From Octopus vulgaris (Eukaryota): 64,000 bases of DNA. The position numbers and the translations under genes are program-made. A model generated the notes under the pieces. It searched no databases and was not told the DNA's origin. It worked only from the letters and a program-made list of their open reading frames with translations. The DNA lies in assembly GCA_951406725.2 (NCBI GenBank), contig OX597817.1, positions 165,664,001-165,728,000 on the forward strand, given 5' to 3'. Of this stretch, positions 51,093 through 63,967 are shown in pieces. How positions within the stretch are numbered: the stretch's first letter is position 1; every line of letters begins with the position of its first letter.

Positions 51093-51164
51093 TAGATAGA
51101 TAGATAGATAGATAGATAAAGATATAGACAGACAGACAGACAGACAGACAGATAGATAGATAGA

Positions 51165-51290
51165 TATGTTTCTTTATTAGCCACACAGGGCTGCACACAG
51201 ACAGAGCAAATTACAAGGTAGAGCTTTTCTTTTGGGGGTAAAAAAAAGGGCGTTGGTTTTCGATCAAAAGGGATCGTAAAAGGAAAGAAA
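51165..51290 (-). mobile_element. Short retroelement 3' end inserted in a (GATA)n tract
   Basis: Minus end ..TCTGTGTGCAGCCCTGTGTGGCTAATAAAGAAACATA abuts (TATC)n and resembles the internal tail of family B. Confidence 0.6.
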
Positions 51291-51355
51291 GAGGACAAAA
51301 AAAGGGGAGGATTTAGAGATAGATAGATGATAGATAGATAGATAGATAGATAGAT

Positions 51356-51397
<42 letters not shown>

Positions 51398-51597
51398 GTA
51401 AGATCCAAAAATCGAGGTGAAGGAAGAAAGTAAGCTTCAAGCAATCTGTAGAAAATATAAAAAACAACTTTCAGGAACAATAGTGGTTTATTGGGCCGAA
51501 GGTTGTGGGATTATTCCGTATCAAAGTACGATAAGTTGAAAGAAATTATTTTATATATCACGGTAGGCAGCCAGCGTTGTCAGGTATGCGAATAGAA

Positions 51598-51912
51598 ATA
51601 CAAGAGGTAAGGAATGGAATAGATAAAATCTGGACTACATGTGTTTCATAGCGGGCGGTACTTCGGAAGCGGTAAATATCCAAGCAAGATGTATACCGAA
51701 GGCTACTCTTCAGACCGAGGGAATCCTGATTATATGAAATTTACATTGTCTTTAAGAGGCCGAAGTTAACACAAGGAGGATTCGATCAGGATCAAGAGAG
51801 TAGCCTGCGATGGACACCTCGCTTTCATATTTACCACTTCCGAGGTTAACCTCGCTATGAAACACATGACTATCCCGGATGTTATCTACTCCATTCCTTA
51901 ACTTTTGCATAT
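51598..51912. repeat. Long imperfect foldback (arms about 115 bp, spacer about 85 bp)
   Basis: TAAGGAATGGA.TAGATAA, CATGTGTTTCATAGCG, TCGGAAG.GGTAAATAT and AGGCTACTCT are all mirrored in order. Confidence 0.9.
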
Positions 51913-52169
51913 ATAAAAAGTAGTCCTGTCTAACTTACTATTTCATCGGGACCAGGAAGTGCGTTTAAAATAAACCAGCATTACCGCTAATGGTGGTGCC
52001 CCAGTATGGTCACAGCTACTGGCTGAAACCGATTATACAATTACATATATTACTATTAGCGATATGTATGTGTGTGTGTGGCTGTGTGGTAACAAGCTTG
52101 CTTCCCAACCACATGGTTCCGGGTTCAGTCCCATTGCGTGGAACCTTATATATATATATATATATATAT

Positions 52170-52690
52170 ATGGTGGGTGTCTACACCTTATGCAAAATTT
52201 GACCACCTTCTGTACCTACACATTAGAACCATAAAGACATCTGATGTGGCTTTTTAAATCAGACAAGGTTCTGAAAAGACACCCACATTGATTGCACATC
52301 CGATTTGGACAACTAAGAGTTGCAGATAAGTTCTGATCTTTATGGATCTTAAAAGGTCTCTTGAGGCCTCCGTTATGTTTGCAAACCTTCTGGCATACAT
52401 TGCATTCAAAGGTGTGCACAGACATATAGGCAGAGCAGTTGGTGGAGGTTCGTTCTCCATGGGTTCGCAAATGAGATTTGAGCCCAGTAAAAGAAAGACA
52501 TAGTCTGTCACAAACTGTGCACACATAAAGGCCATTGTCATTCAGTACTCGATCGTAACATTCTTCCTTAAATCACTTTTGAGTCTTGCATGGGTTATCC
52601 TAGCATCTTCAAACGCTTTTACTCCACACTTTCATTCGCCATCCAGCTCGATCCGAAGCAAGGGTTTCTGTCCTCTGGATCCATTCCAAT
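52170..52690 (-). mobile_element. RTE/BovB-like LINE 3' fragment with three C2H2-type zinc fingers
   Basis: Frameshifted [22 protein letters not shown] is followed by CTVCDRLCLSFTGLKSHLRTH, CNVCQKVC..GLKRPFKIH and CNQCGCLFRTLSDLKSHIR. It abuts a truncated family A head (52080-52147). Confidence 0.75.
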
Positions 52691-52782
52691 ATATATACAT
52701 ACGTATATAAAAATAAATAAATGGATAAAATATATAAATATATATATATATTTATATATATATATACACATATATACATACA

Positions 52783-52837
<55 letters not shown>

Positions 52838-52842
52838 CTGTA

Positions 52843-52888
<46 letters not shown>

Positions 52889-53106
52889 GATAAATCTCAG
52901 AGCGAGTTATAAACAGTAGCGGTAACACATGTGACGCATATTTGCCATTTGAATATGGCTAACCCATAAGGGTGGATGCTACTGTAGTTTGTAGCCCCAG
53001 GAAGATATCTCCTCCAAATATGCGTCATGTGTTACCGCTATATAACTACTGATATATATATATATATATAATATATATACTTCTCTTCGACAACCATGAT
53101 TGTCAC

Positions 53107-53145
53107 ACGCTGATGAAAGGTAACACCTTGAAACTCGGGTATCGT
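53107..53145 (+). ncRNA. Minimal hammerhead ribozyme motif
   Basis: ACG-CUGAUGA-AAGGU-aac-ACCUU-GAA-ACUCGGGU-A-UCGU. The core is canonical and stem II perfect, but stem I is weak. Confidence 0.6.
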
Positions 53146-53204
53146 ATCATAACGTCCGAGAGGACACAGATTTTCCAAGCTTCCTGGCTATGGGTTGGAC
53201 GGTT

Positions 53205-53261
<57 letters not shown>

Positions 53262-53265
<4 letters not shown>

Positions 53266-55610
53266 TCGTTTAACGTCCGGCTGGCACTAGGCCGAGCTTG
53301 GAGGCCGCACCAGGCTCCAATCTGATATGGCAATGTTTCTACAGCTGGATGCCCTTCCTAACGCCAGCCACTCCGAGAATGTAGTGAGTGCTTTTTTACG
53401 TGTCACTTTCACGGGGAGCCATTCAAACGGCTCTGGCAACGACCCACGCATGAATGGTGCTATTGCGTGCCACCAACACGGGAGCCAGGCAGGCGACACT
53501 GGTATCGGCCACAACTATAATTTCCATTTGATTGTGATTTGATTTGATTTTGATTTAATTGACTCAACAGGTCTCATCAATCACGGCAAACTTGGAGAAT
53601 TGTTAGCACACTTGACAAATTGCTTTAGCGACATTTTTTCCGGCTCGTAAATTTCTGAGTTGCCCGACGATTCAAAGGTACTTTTTAGATGGGCTAGTTA
53701 TGCGTCACTGGTGTACGCTATGGCTGTGATCTCACTTTTCTCAATAACAGCATATCTCCAGAGGTCTCGGTCATTCGTCATTGATTCTGAGGCCCAACGT
53801 TCGAAGGTCATGCTTCACCACCTCATCCCATGTCTTTCTGGGTTTTCCTCTTCCACGGGTTCCTGCCGCTGTTAGGGAGTAATACTTCTTCACACAGCTC
53901 TCCTCATCCATACGTGGCACATGACCATACATGCTTCTTATATCCAACATTTCTCTCAGGGCGCCTACACTCTGTCGTGTGTGCACACTGAAATTACACA
54001 GCCAGCGGATCATATTAGTTTCGTTTCTTTCGAGCCTAAGCATGTCTTCAGCAGTCACAGCCCATATTTCACTGCCGTATAGCATGGCAGTTCGCACATA
54101 TGCATCATAAATCTACGTTTCACTCTGAGCGAGAGGCCCTTTGCTGTCAGTAGAGGTAGGAGCTTTCTGAACTTTGCCCAGGTTATTCTTATTCTAGTCG
54201 CAACGCTCTCTGAGCATCCACCCCCACTACAGACTTGGTCACATAGGTAGCGGAAGTTATCAACTACTTCTAGTTTCTTCCCCTGGCATGTGATGGAATC
54301 AGTTTTCTGAGTATCTGCGGTGTTTATTGCTCCTGTGCATCTGCTGCACATAAAAGCTATCTTCCTAGTTAACCTTCTTTTGATATTGCTGCACATCTTA
54401 TGATTCCATAACTTACAGTGGGTACATCTTATGGAGTTCCTACCTACACCTTTTCTACAGATCGAGCAGGACCATCTACCTGAAAGGGTTTGTGATGTAT
54501 TCGCCTTCCTACTTACTAGGACTTTGGTTTTTGCAACGCTGCTTTAAGGCCCTTCAATTCTAAACCTTACTCTCACACCTGAAATTTCTTCTCTAGTTCT
54601 GGTAGAGATTCCGCTATGAGAGCAAGGTCATCAGCATAGATGAGCTCCCAAGGGTAGCCTGTTTTGAATTCCTCTGTTATTGCCTGGAGGACTATGATGA
54701 ATAAGAGGGGGCTGAGGGCTGATCCTTGGTGAACCCCTACTTCTACCCAGAATTCTTCACAATACTCATTGCATTGCCAATCCTTACCTTACAAACGACA
54801 TATCTGTACAAGACCTGTACAACTCTTATCAACCACTTGTCAATCCCCAGTTTCCACATCGCCCACCAGATTGGGGAAGGGGAACCCTGACAAAGGCTTT
54901 CTCCAAGTCAGCAAAAGCCAAGTATAGGGGTTTATCTTTGGCTAGGTATTTCTCTTGCAGTTGCCGTACCAGGAATATAGTATCGTTGGTGCTTACACCT
55001 GGCACAAAACCGAACTGCATCTCATCTAAGCAAACTCTCTCCTTAATTAGTTGGGCTATGGTCCTCTCCGGGACCTTCATCATCTGATCCAGCAGTTTGG
55101 TACCCCTGTAGTTATTTCCATCTAAAGCATCACCTTTACTTTTATAGCAGTTGACTATGGTGCTGCTACACCAGTCATTGGGTATGACTCCATCATGGAC
55201 TACCTGGTTTACAATACGGGTGATAGGCCATGACCCACACCACCAGATATTTTAAGCATCTCAGCAGTGATTCCTGACTTCATGTCCTTAATAGCTTTAT
55301 CTACTAGGGTGCTATTTATTCAGGTAACTGGTCCCTCTATTGGGTCAACATTTCGCAGGCTCTCCTCCTCCCATTCATTCTCCACATTCAGCAGCCTTTC
55401 ATAATGGCTTCTCCATGTCTCTTTCTTCTCCGAAACATCAAAATCAAGTGCACTATCATCCATGCGGACACATTTCTCTCCTATGACATCACGGTTTTCT
55501 CTCACACACTGTCTTGCAATCCGAAATACTTCAGTTATTTGATCCTCACATCGCTGATCATTGGCAAACTTCTTTTCTGCTTCTCCCTTGGCTATGTATA
55601 CCTGTCGACC
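53262..55610 (-). mobile_element. Degraded RTE-clade LINE (5'-truncated) with PHD finger in ORF2
   Basis: Frameshifted RT motifs QFGFVPG, AFADLEKAF, VGVHQGSALSPLLF and LIYADDL, then AMLYGSEIW and RGRGKPRKTW. The 3' tail reads GGCGTTAGGAAGGGCATCCAGC..GGACGTTAAACGATGAT. Confidence 0.92.
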
Positions 55611-55702
55611 ACACTGGGTATGTGCACGTGTGTGCGGATATGTATATGAGCACATGTATGGTTCCATACATTATTAATTACTCTCTTTACTCTTTTTTTA
55701 CT

Positions 55703-56104
55703 CTTTTACTTGTTTCAGTCATTTGACTGCGGCCATGCTGGAGCACCGCCTTTAATCGAGCAAATCGACCCCGGGACTTATTCTTTTGTAAGCCTAGTAC
55801 TTATTCTATCAGTCTCTTTTGCTGAACCGCTAAGTAACGGGAACATAAACACACCAGCATCGGTTGTCAAGCAATGCTAAGGGGACAAACACAGACACAC
55901 AAACACACACACGCATATATATATATATACATATATACATATATACGACGCGCTTCTTTCAGTTTCCGTCTACCAAATCCACTCACAAGGCTTCGGTCGG
56001 CCCGAGGCTATAGTAGAAGATACCTGCCCAAGGTGCCACGCAGTGGGACTGAACCCGGAACCATGTGGTTGGTAAACAAGCTACTTACCACACAGCCACT
56101 CCTG
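55703..56104 (-). mobile_element. SINE family A, full length
   Basis: Reverse-complement match to the reference copy. Confidence 0.92.
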
Positions 56105-56159
56105 TAAACTTTTCTTAAATTTTTTGTGTTTATTTGAAGTATAAGAATTTAATCTATAA

Positions 56160-56584
56160 TCGCTAATATCTGTAATGGCTGAATATCCACTTTCCCAGGA
56201 GATGGATGGGTAGTCGTGGTCTGCATGAATGGCCAGCCAGGAGTCCCAACTTAATAACCCTGTGACTTCTTTCTTTGGGGGGGGGGGGTTAGTTAAAGGA
56301 ACAAGTCTTCTGTATCAAACCAAAGACTTTGAAAGAACTTGAAGGGCGAATACGAGAAGTTACATCTTCCAACCCATAAGAGTTCGTTTTGGTAAAATTC
56401 AGTTGATGCAATTCCTGGGCGACCGAAGAAGCTGATGGCGACGTCTGGAGCCCATATCGAACTTTAAATAAAACTTCATACTAAAATACTTACTTTGATA
56501 TCTATTTCATTGTAAAAGTTATAATTAATAAATAATTTATAAGTATTAAAAAAAAAATAGGGAGTTACTCTTCAATCACCCTAT
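56160..56584 (+). mobile_element. Tc1/mariner-superfamily transposase 3' remnant
   Basis: Frameshifted WLNIHFP..WMGSRGLHEWPARSP..PCDFFLWG..KEQVF..KPKTLKELEGRIRE, ending TCAATCACCCTA (TIR-like). Confidence 0.8.
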
Positions 56585-56779
56585 TGTGACCCCCTTCGGT
56601 CATGAATGACCATGGGATTACACCTAGAAAGTTACCCTCCGAGGCACAAGTCTGGGCAAAGTTGTTTATGGAAGACCATCAGTCGCCTATGCATACCAGC
56701 CTCTTCTCTTCACGCCACCGATGTTATCCAAGGGAAAGGCCAATACAGCTTGGCACCAGTGACGTCGCAGCTCATTTAT

Positions 56780-57003
56780 TAACGTGCAAGTCGCTGAGCA
56801 CTCCACAGACACGTGTACTCTTAACGTAGTTCTCGGAGAGATTCACCGTGACACAGAGTGGGACAAGGCTGGCCCTTCGAAATACAGGTACAACAGGTTT
56901 CACCACCACCCCCTGCCGGAGCCTCATGGAGCTTTAGGGGTTTTAAACCGCGATCCTACGACCGCGAGTACGCTGCACTGATCACTGGGCCATTGTGCCT
57001 CCA
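56780..57003 (-). mobile_element. SINE family C, internally deleted, same tail as 28925-29100
   Basis: CACTGGGCCATTG.GCCTCC head, and GACAAGGCTGGCCCTT.GAAATACAGGTACAA shared with 29060-29091. Confidence 0.8.
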
Positions 57004-57169
57004 CCAGTCATCCTATAGATTCTGCAAAATATGGATAGTTTATCCTGTTCATGCTATATTATTAGCATTATACTGCATTTGAGAATAATATTATTTCCTT
57101 ATCTGTATCTTTCAATACAACCCAACGCTTCTAAAGCAAACTTTGTTGACTTTCAACGTAAGTTGAATT

Positions 57170-57206
<37 letters not shown>

Positions 57207-58966
57207 CAAACACACACAAATATACACATTGAGAGAGAGAAGGATATATATATATATATAGTATAAAATCTTATTACGAATAAGTGAACGCCGAATCAAT
57301 TTTCGTTTTTTGTATTCTTTATTTTATTTCATAATATATATATTTTTTAAACTTCATTCTTCTCAAAATTCTCAAAATATGTATTTGGTGACATTTTATT
57401 ACATTTTTTTTATTAAACTTATTTCTTTGTTAAATTAGTCCATTATGCTATGTTAGTTTATATACATATATATTTGTTAATATTCTACTGTATGTTTTAA
57501 GCAATCTGTGTATGTATGTATGTATGTATGTATGTATGTATGTATGTATGTATGTATGTATGTATGTATGCATGCATGCATGCATGTATGTACGTATTCA
57601 TGTATAAATGTATGCATATATGAATGTGTGTGAGTGATTGTGTTTAATAAACTAACTGAACTCTCTTCTAAAATCAATCAAAATCATTTCACTATATAAC
57701 AAAAAAAAATGAAAAAAAAAAATGAAAAGTTGAAATAAATTACATTTATTAATGCACTTATTAACCCCGGAACAATGAAAGGAATAGCCGACCACTTCGG
57801 TGGGATGCGAACTCAGAACGTCTTGAATCATGACTTTTTATGAATATACTTCGCTTTTCATGTTTTAGCGAAATCTGAAATCGAATCCTTTCATATTTCG
57901 CTAAAATATGTGTATCAGTCAAATACTGGGGATGATACAATCGACTCCACCTTCCCTCCCAACCCACAAAAATGTGTGGCCTTGTGCCTATATCAGGAAT
58001 TATGAATACACTTTTGGTAATATATTTTACGTGAAAACTATTCACACCTTACCATTCTTTAATGTTTTAAGACGTTTGGTAGTTTGAGAGTAAGATGAAT
58101 GGCAGTGACTTTGCCTTGTTTATCTTTACATTTCGTTCATTTGTTTCAAAATTTCAGATCCACGTTTTTCGTTTCACTTAATAGGTTTTTTTTCCCCTCT
58201 TCCATTTTTATATATGTTGCTAAATGTTCAATAACATTCCATTATTCTTTCTCGTTATTGAAATGTGACTGTTAGCGTAATGGCACACATTTAGTGAAGT
58301 GTGTAGTTGAAGTATGACGACATTTCGTCAAGTCAAACAAACTCTGCCTCCTTTCAAGCTGCGATTTTACGTTTTCTATCAATGAAATATATATAAAAAA
58401 AATATGCTGATCTCAGCCAAACACATTTTTTAGTACCAATGAACAATATAACCTTTTATACTTAACCCAACATAAGTCCTTCAAACGAGCATGTTTAGTT
58501 AATCTTGAATCACATCTGTGATTTAATGTCTTTTAACTTCTTCTCTCAAATGAGAACGAATTTAGTGCATTTAAACTGTTGCTAATCAAGGAACGAGCTT
58601 TACAATTAGCGGAACACAGATCTTTTCAGTTGACAATAAAGATATGTTCTATAATTCATCGTAATTACAAGTTCACAGCAAATATAACTGAGGCAGTGTT
58701 TAAGTGTGTAGCTAAACTTAATACTGCCTGAATGACAATGCACGATGTTTTTATCCTATTTTTTCAAAACAGTGGACTGTGAGTTGTATGATGTCTTTTG
58801 CTTCGTCCAAAGATGCTTACTACACCTTACCAACCAGCAGAGCGCTTTTTAGACTCAGGGCCAACATAGTTCCAATTTGACTGTGGTGATGTGGGGGTAA
58901 CGTCCCCAACGAACTGTAGGCATTATTGTGTTAAGATAGTGTGTATTTCCCCGCCGTTTCACATGA

Positions 58967-59445
58967 TTAATTTCCACCAACTGACAAAGCGGTTAGTGGT
59001 GATGGCTCTGAAACAGAAATGCCCAAACCAATTCCTTGCTGATGCTGTGGATGATGTTGGTGGTGGTGATGATGATGATGATGTTGTTGTGACGGCTGTC
59101 CATTGTGGTGGCCGTTGCTGCTGTTATTGCTGGTATTATTGTTATTATTATTATGATTGTTGTTGATTGGTGAGGAATCTCGCTCTAACGCAAGTGATGA
59201 TATAGGCTTGCCTGGCGACGGAGTATATACATGGGCAGTGGCTGCCGACATGTTAACTGGGCTGCCCATATTGGGACTTGACGTCGACGGACTTGGTGTC
59301 AGGGCAGATGATGTTGAACGAGAAACGATCGAGTTGGGAGCAAGTCCAAGATTGGATACCACCGTACCATTATTTAGACTGGTTGTAATTGGACTGTGTT
59401 GGTTGTGACCATGCAAGGTAGGAGGACTGCCTGATGTCTTCACGT
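58967..59445 (-). CDS. Probable terminal coding exon of a host gene; Ser/Pro/Asn/His-rich C-terminus, transcription-factor-like
   Basis: Strong acceptor TTTCTTTTTCTATTTTACAG|AC (phase 1) and about 158 open codons of non-repeat sequence to TAA, with poly-His/Asn/Gln tracts. About 1 kb of microsatellite-free, UTR-like sequence follows, with AATAAA (minus) near 57745. Confidence 0.75.
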
Positions 59446-59627
59446 CTGTAAAATAGAAAAAGAAAAGCTCATGACACAGTGGCAAGAATTACATAAAAGG
59501 TTGTTTAGTCAATTTGATAATAAGTAGCACAAAACATTTCCGAGGTGTAGCAGAATGTGTAAGCATGGAGACCCAGACAAAAATTCTCTGAATAAATTGT
59601 ATGTATGTACGAACGTATGTAAGCGAC

Positions 59628-60152
59628 TTTATGTTTCCATTCATCTTCCCACACGGCCTCACACTCAACACAGAGGCCTACATCAAGTGCCTGGAGGAAG
59701 TGTTGCCCTTGCTCAAGCGGGTGGCTGCTGGAAGAACCTATGTCTGGTAGCAGGACTCTGCACCAGTCAACACAAGCAAGAGAACCCATTTATGGCTGTC
59801 AGATAATTTCTGCGTCCACATCAGCCACTGTCAGGTACAATCCCCTTAATTACTATGTGTCGGGCGCAGTTGAGCGAGGGACCAACAAAACTCCTTGTAA
59901 CACCGAAGATGACAGAAGACAAGGATTACGGCAGCATTCAACAACTTAAACAAGGATATCGTCCAGAAGAGTTGCAGAAGATTCCAAAGCCGTCTGGATG
60001 CCATCGTTGAAGCTTATGTCTAGTTTATTGAATAAATTTACTGTTTAGTATTTCAAGATATTTTAATGTAATTTTGGTAAATATACCTTTTAAAATGAGA
60101 TGCCAGTGTTATTTTGAATTTTGCGTAATTTAGACAATTTATTCACCCTGTA
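59628..60152 (+). mobile_element. maT/DD37D-like Tc1-mariner transposase 3' remnant in an intron
   Basis: FIFPHGLTLNTEAYIKCLEEV..YVW*QDSAP..WLSDN..NPLNYYVSGAVE..FQSRLDAIVEA, ending TTATTCACCCTG-TA. Confidence 0.8.
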
Positions 60153-60175
60153 TGTGTGTATGTGTGTCTATAAGT

Positions 60176-60214
60176 ATGTATATATATATATATATGTATA
60201 ATATGTATAGTATA

Positions 60215-60290
<76 letters not shown>

Positions 60291-60338
60291 AAATATGTAT
60301 AGGTATATATATATATATATGTATTGTATATATATATG

Positions 60339-60417
<79 letters not shown>

Positions 60418-60492
60418 AAATATGTATAGGTATATATTTATATATATACATATATATATATATGTATAAATATGTATATATATATATATATA
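60176..60492. repeat. Long (TA)n tract
   Basis: Directly visible. Confidence 0.97.
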
Positions 60493-61068
60493 GGGGGAGA
60501 GAGAGAGAGCGAGAAAGAGAGAGAGAGATGCAAAAAGAGAGAGTGAGAGAGGAAAAGACAGGAGAAAAAGATAGCAAGACTGTGAGACTTGTAAGAAACG
60601 AACGTTTCATCAAACACACACACACACACACACACACTACATTGCTCACTAAGCGTTTCCACCTACACACAGATGTACGGAGGCGGAGAATTTCTTTCCC
60701 CCTCCCCCCCCCCCACCGCCTCCAATTACCTACGAGCGGGAGAAGCTAAGGAAAAAACCTACCTACCTCTCTTACCTTACTTACCCACTGGCCCCCTCTA
60801 TCATTGAACAGTGCTAGTACAGAGAGAGAGAGAGGGGGGAGAGAACGGGAGAGAGGTTGAAGGGAGAAGGAGAGGTGGGGGGTGGAAGTGAATTTTAGAA
60901 TAATTTACACTCAATACTGTTTGTTATATAGCATTTGTTTAGATAAGAGTTGAGCAGATAGTACAAATTAACTGTTGCCAGGGCCCTCGACTACGTCTGT
61001 TAGCAAAGATAAACTCTGCCTTAACTATCTGACATCCCCCAACCAGCTCTCCCACCCTCTCTCTCTCC

Positions 61069-61193
<125 letters not shown>

Positions 61194-61725
61194 CGTGTGT
61201 GAATGTGTGTCTTTGAATGCGCGTGTATACACACTTACACATACACATGTATACATTTTATGTGTGTGTATATATATATATATATATATGCACATACACA
61301 TATATATATATATACATATATACATGTATGTGTATATATTCATATATATATATGTGTGTGTGTGTGTGTCTAAATACATGTATATATATGCATATGCATA
61401 TATACATATATATACAAATATATAGATACACCCGTATATATATATATATATATATACACATTTATGTAAATACATATACTCGTATATACTCATATGTATA
61501 TGGACGCACACATGTAAAAACATAAAGAGGAAGAGAGAGAGAGAGAGAGAGAGTAACATCTACACACTCTTTCAAACGTAACTCAACAAACACACACACA
61601 CATATACATACAGATACGCAGGTACATACACTTGTCGGAAAGATAACTGAAGAAAGACGATACCAATATAGATGGGTGTATATGTGTGCGTGTGTGTGTG
61701 TGTGTGTCTGTGTGTGTACGCATGC

Positions 61726-61787
<62 letters not shown>

Positions 61788-61891
61788 ATCTGCGTGCGTG
61801 TATGTGTGTGTGTGTATGTCATTTTGTGTGTATCCGTGTGGGCATGTGTGCGTGAGTGTGTATGTGTGTGTATGTGTGTGTGTGAGTGTAT

Positions 61892-61979
<88 letters not shown>

Positions 61980-62350
61980 CAAAATCCCACAACCGAATGG
62001 TTGCTTATCTTCGAAATAAGGAGGTAAATTCACTGATGCGTTAAATAAAATAGAAAATAGAATAATACATATGTATACACACATAGGAAAGACACACCTA
62101 TGTTCATGTTTACGGGTGTATATGCATAAAATTGAGTGTACACTACACACACAGACACACACAGACACACACATGCATATATATATATGTGTATATGTAT
62201 ACATGTAAATACAAACAGTGGTATATATGCGTGAGTGTTTACGTATGCGCAGGTATAGAGATATAATCAGACACCTATGTATATACACTCACATACAATT
62301 GCGTTTAACGTTACACACACATACACTCACATAAATTATGTGTATATATG

Positions 62351-62384
<34 letters not shown>

Positions 62385-62713
62385 ATATTATATATATATT
62401 ATATATTATATATATATTATTATATATATATTATATATCATATATATATTATTATTATATATATATATATATATGCATACATATACGTACATAAGTATAT
62501 TGATTGTATGTATATAGATACACACTCAGACACAAACGTGCGTATAATAGCTATAAAAATATACATTACATCATATGTATATACGTAGGTATATTGTAAT
62601 ACATATACGATACGTATATATATACACACACATATATATTTATACACACACATTATCTCTCTCTCTCTCTCACTCACCCACACACACACATATATATATA
62701 TATATACACACAC

Positions 62714-62791
62714 ACCATGTGTCTCTCACATATATATGTTTATGCACATCTTTCTCTCTCTCTCTCTCTCAGACGGACACAGATACACTCA

Positions 62792-62867
<76 letters not shown>

Positions 62868-63066
62868 TAAATACATACATACATAAATACGTGCATGCAT
62901 ACATACATACATGCATACATACATACATACATACATATACATACACCATGTGTCACTCACACACATATATGTTTATGCACACCTCTCTCTCTCTCTCTCT
63001 CAGACGGACACAGATACACTCACACGCATACACACACACATATATATATAAATATGAATACATACA

Positions 63067-63098
<32 letters not shown>

Positions 63099-63240
63099 CA
63101 TACACCATGTGTCTCTCACACACATATATGTTTATGCACACCTTCTCTCTCTCTCTCTCTCAGACGGACACAGATACACTCACACACATACACACACACA
63201 CATATATAAATATAAATACATACATACATACATACATAAA
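62714..63240. repeat. Three tandem units of about 160-230 bp built from microsatellites
   Basis: ACCATGTGTC..GTTTATGCACA..CTCAGACGGACACAGATACACTCACAC at 62714, 62945 and 63104. Confidence 0.9.
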
Positions 63241-63581
63241 CACATGCATATACACGTATATAATACAAACTAATAAAAACACAGTTTCAACATAAAGGAT
63301 GAAGCACACTCATCTACTATTACTATAATCACCACCACCACTACTCCGGCTTCAATTCACATCACACATTCACCTCTACCCGACTCTGTGATCCTTCCAG
63401 GCCGTACCACCACCAACACCACAGCCACAAACACCACCACCCACAACAACACTACCGCCATCACCACCAACACCAACACTTTAAAAACAACAGTAGCAGC
63501 AACAACAATAACACCACATAGATATATACACACACTTTTATAAAACAATAATAATACAAGCAGAACACCACCATCACCACC

Positions 63582-63613
<32 letters not shown>

Positions 63614-63921
63614 AGATTTTTGGTAAATGGAGTCCTAATTAGTCTCTGTATGTCCCTATAGTCTGTACATACCCCTATAGATTTACATCCAGGCCACCCA
63701 TCCGCCAACCAGCCAGCACTTACTTTCCACTATACACCCTGTCTCTTATTTTACATACCCTAGGAACCTTAATCCTATACAAACACATGCAATCACAAAC
63801 GCGTCGACAAGCACAATGACACACAACGCATTCAGATATACATACATGCATACATTCATGCATATATACATACGTAAATATATATATACATATACATATA
63901 TATATATACATATATATACAT

Positions 63922-63967
<46 letters not shown>

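Noticed and set aside
63724-63774. 51-nt minus-strand micro-exon upstream of the 59-kb exon
   Set aside because: The donor GTAAGT is good, but the phase-1 frame needed to join the 59445 acceptor contains a stop.
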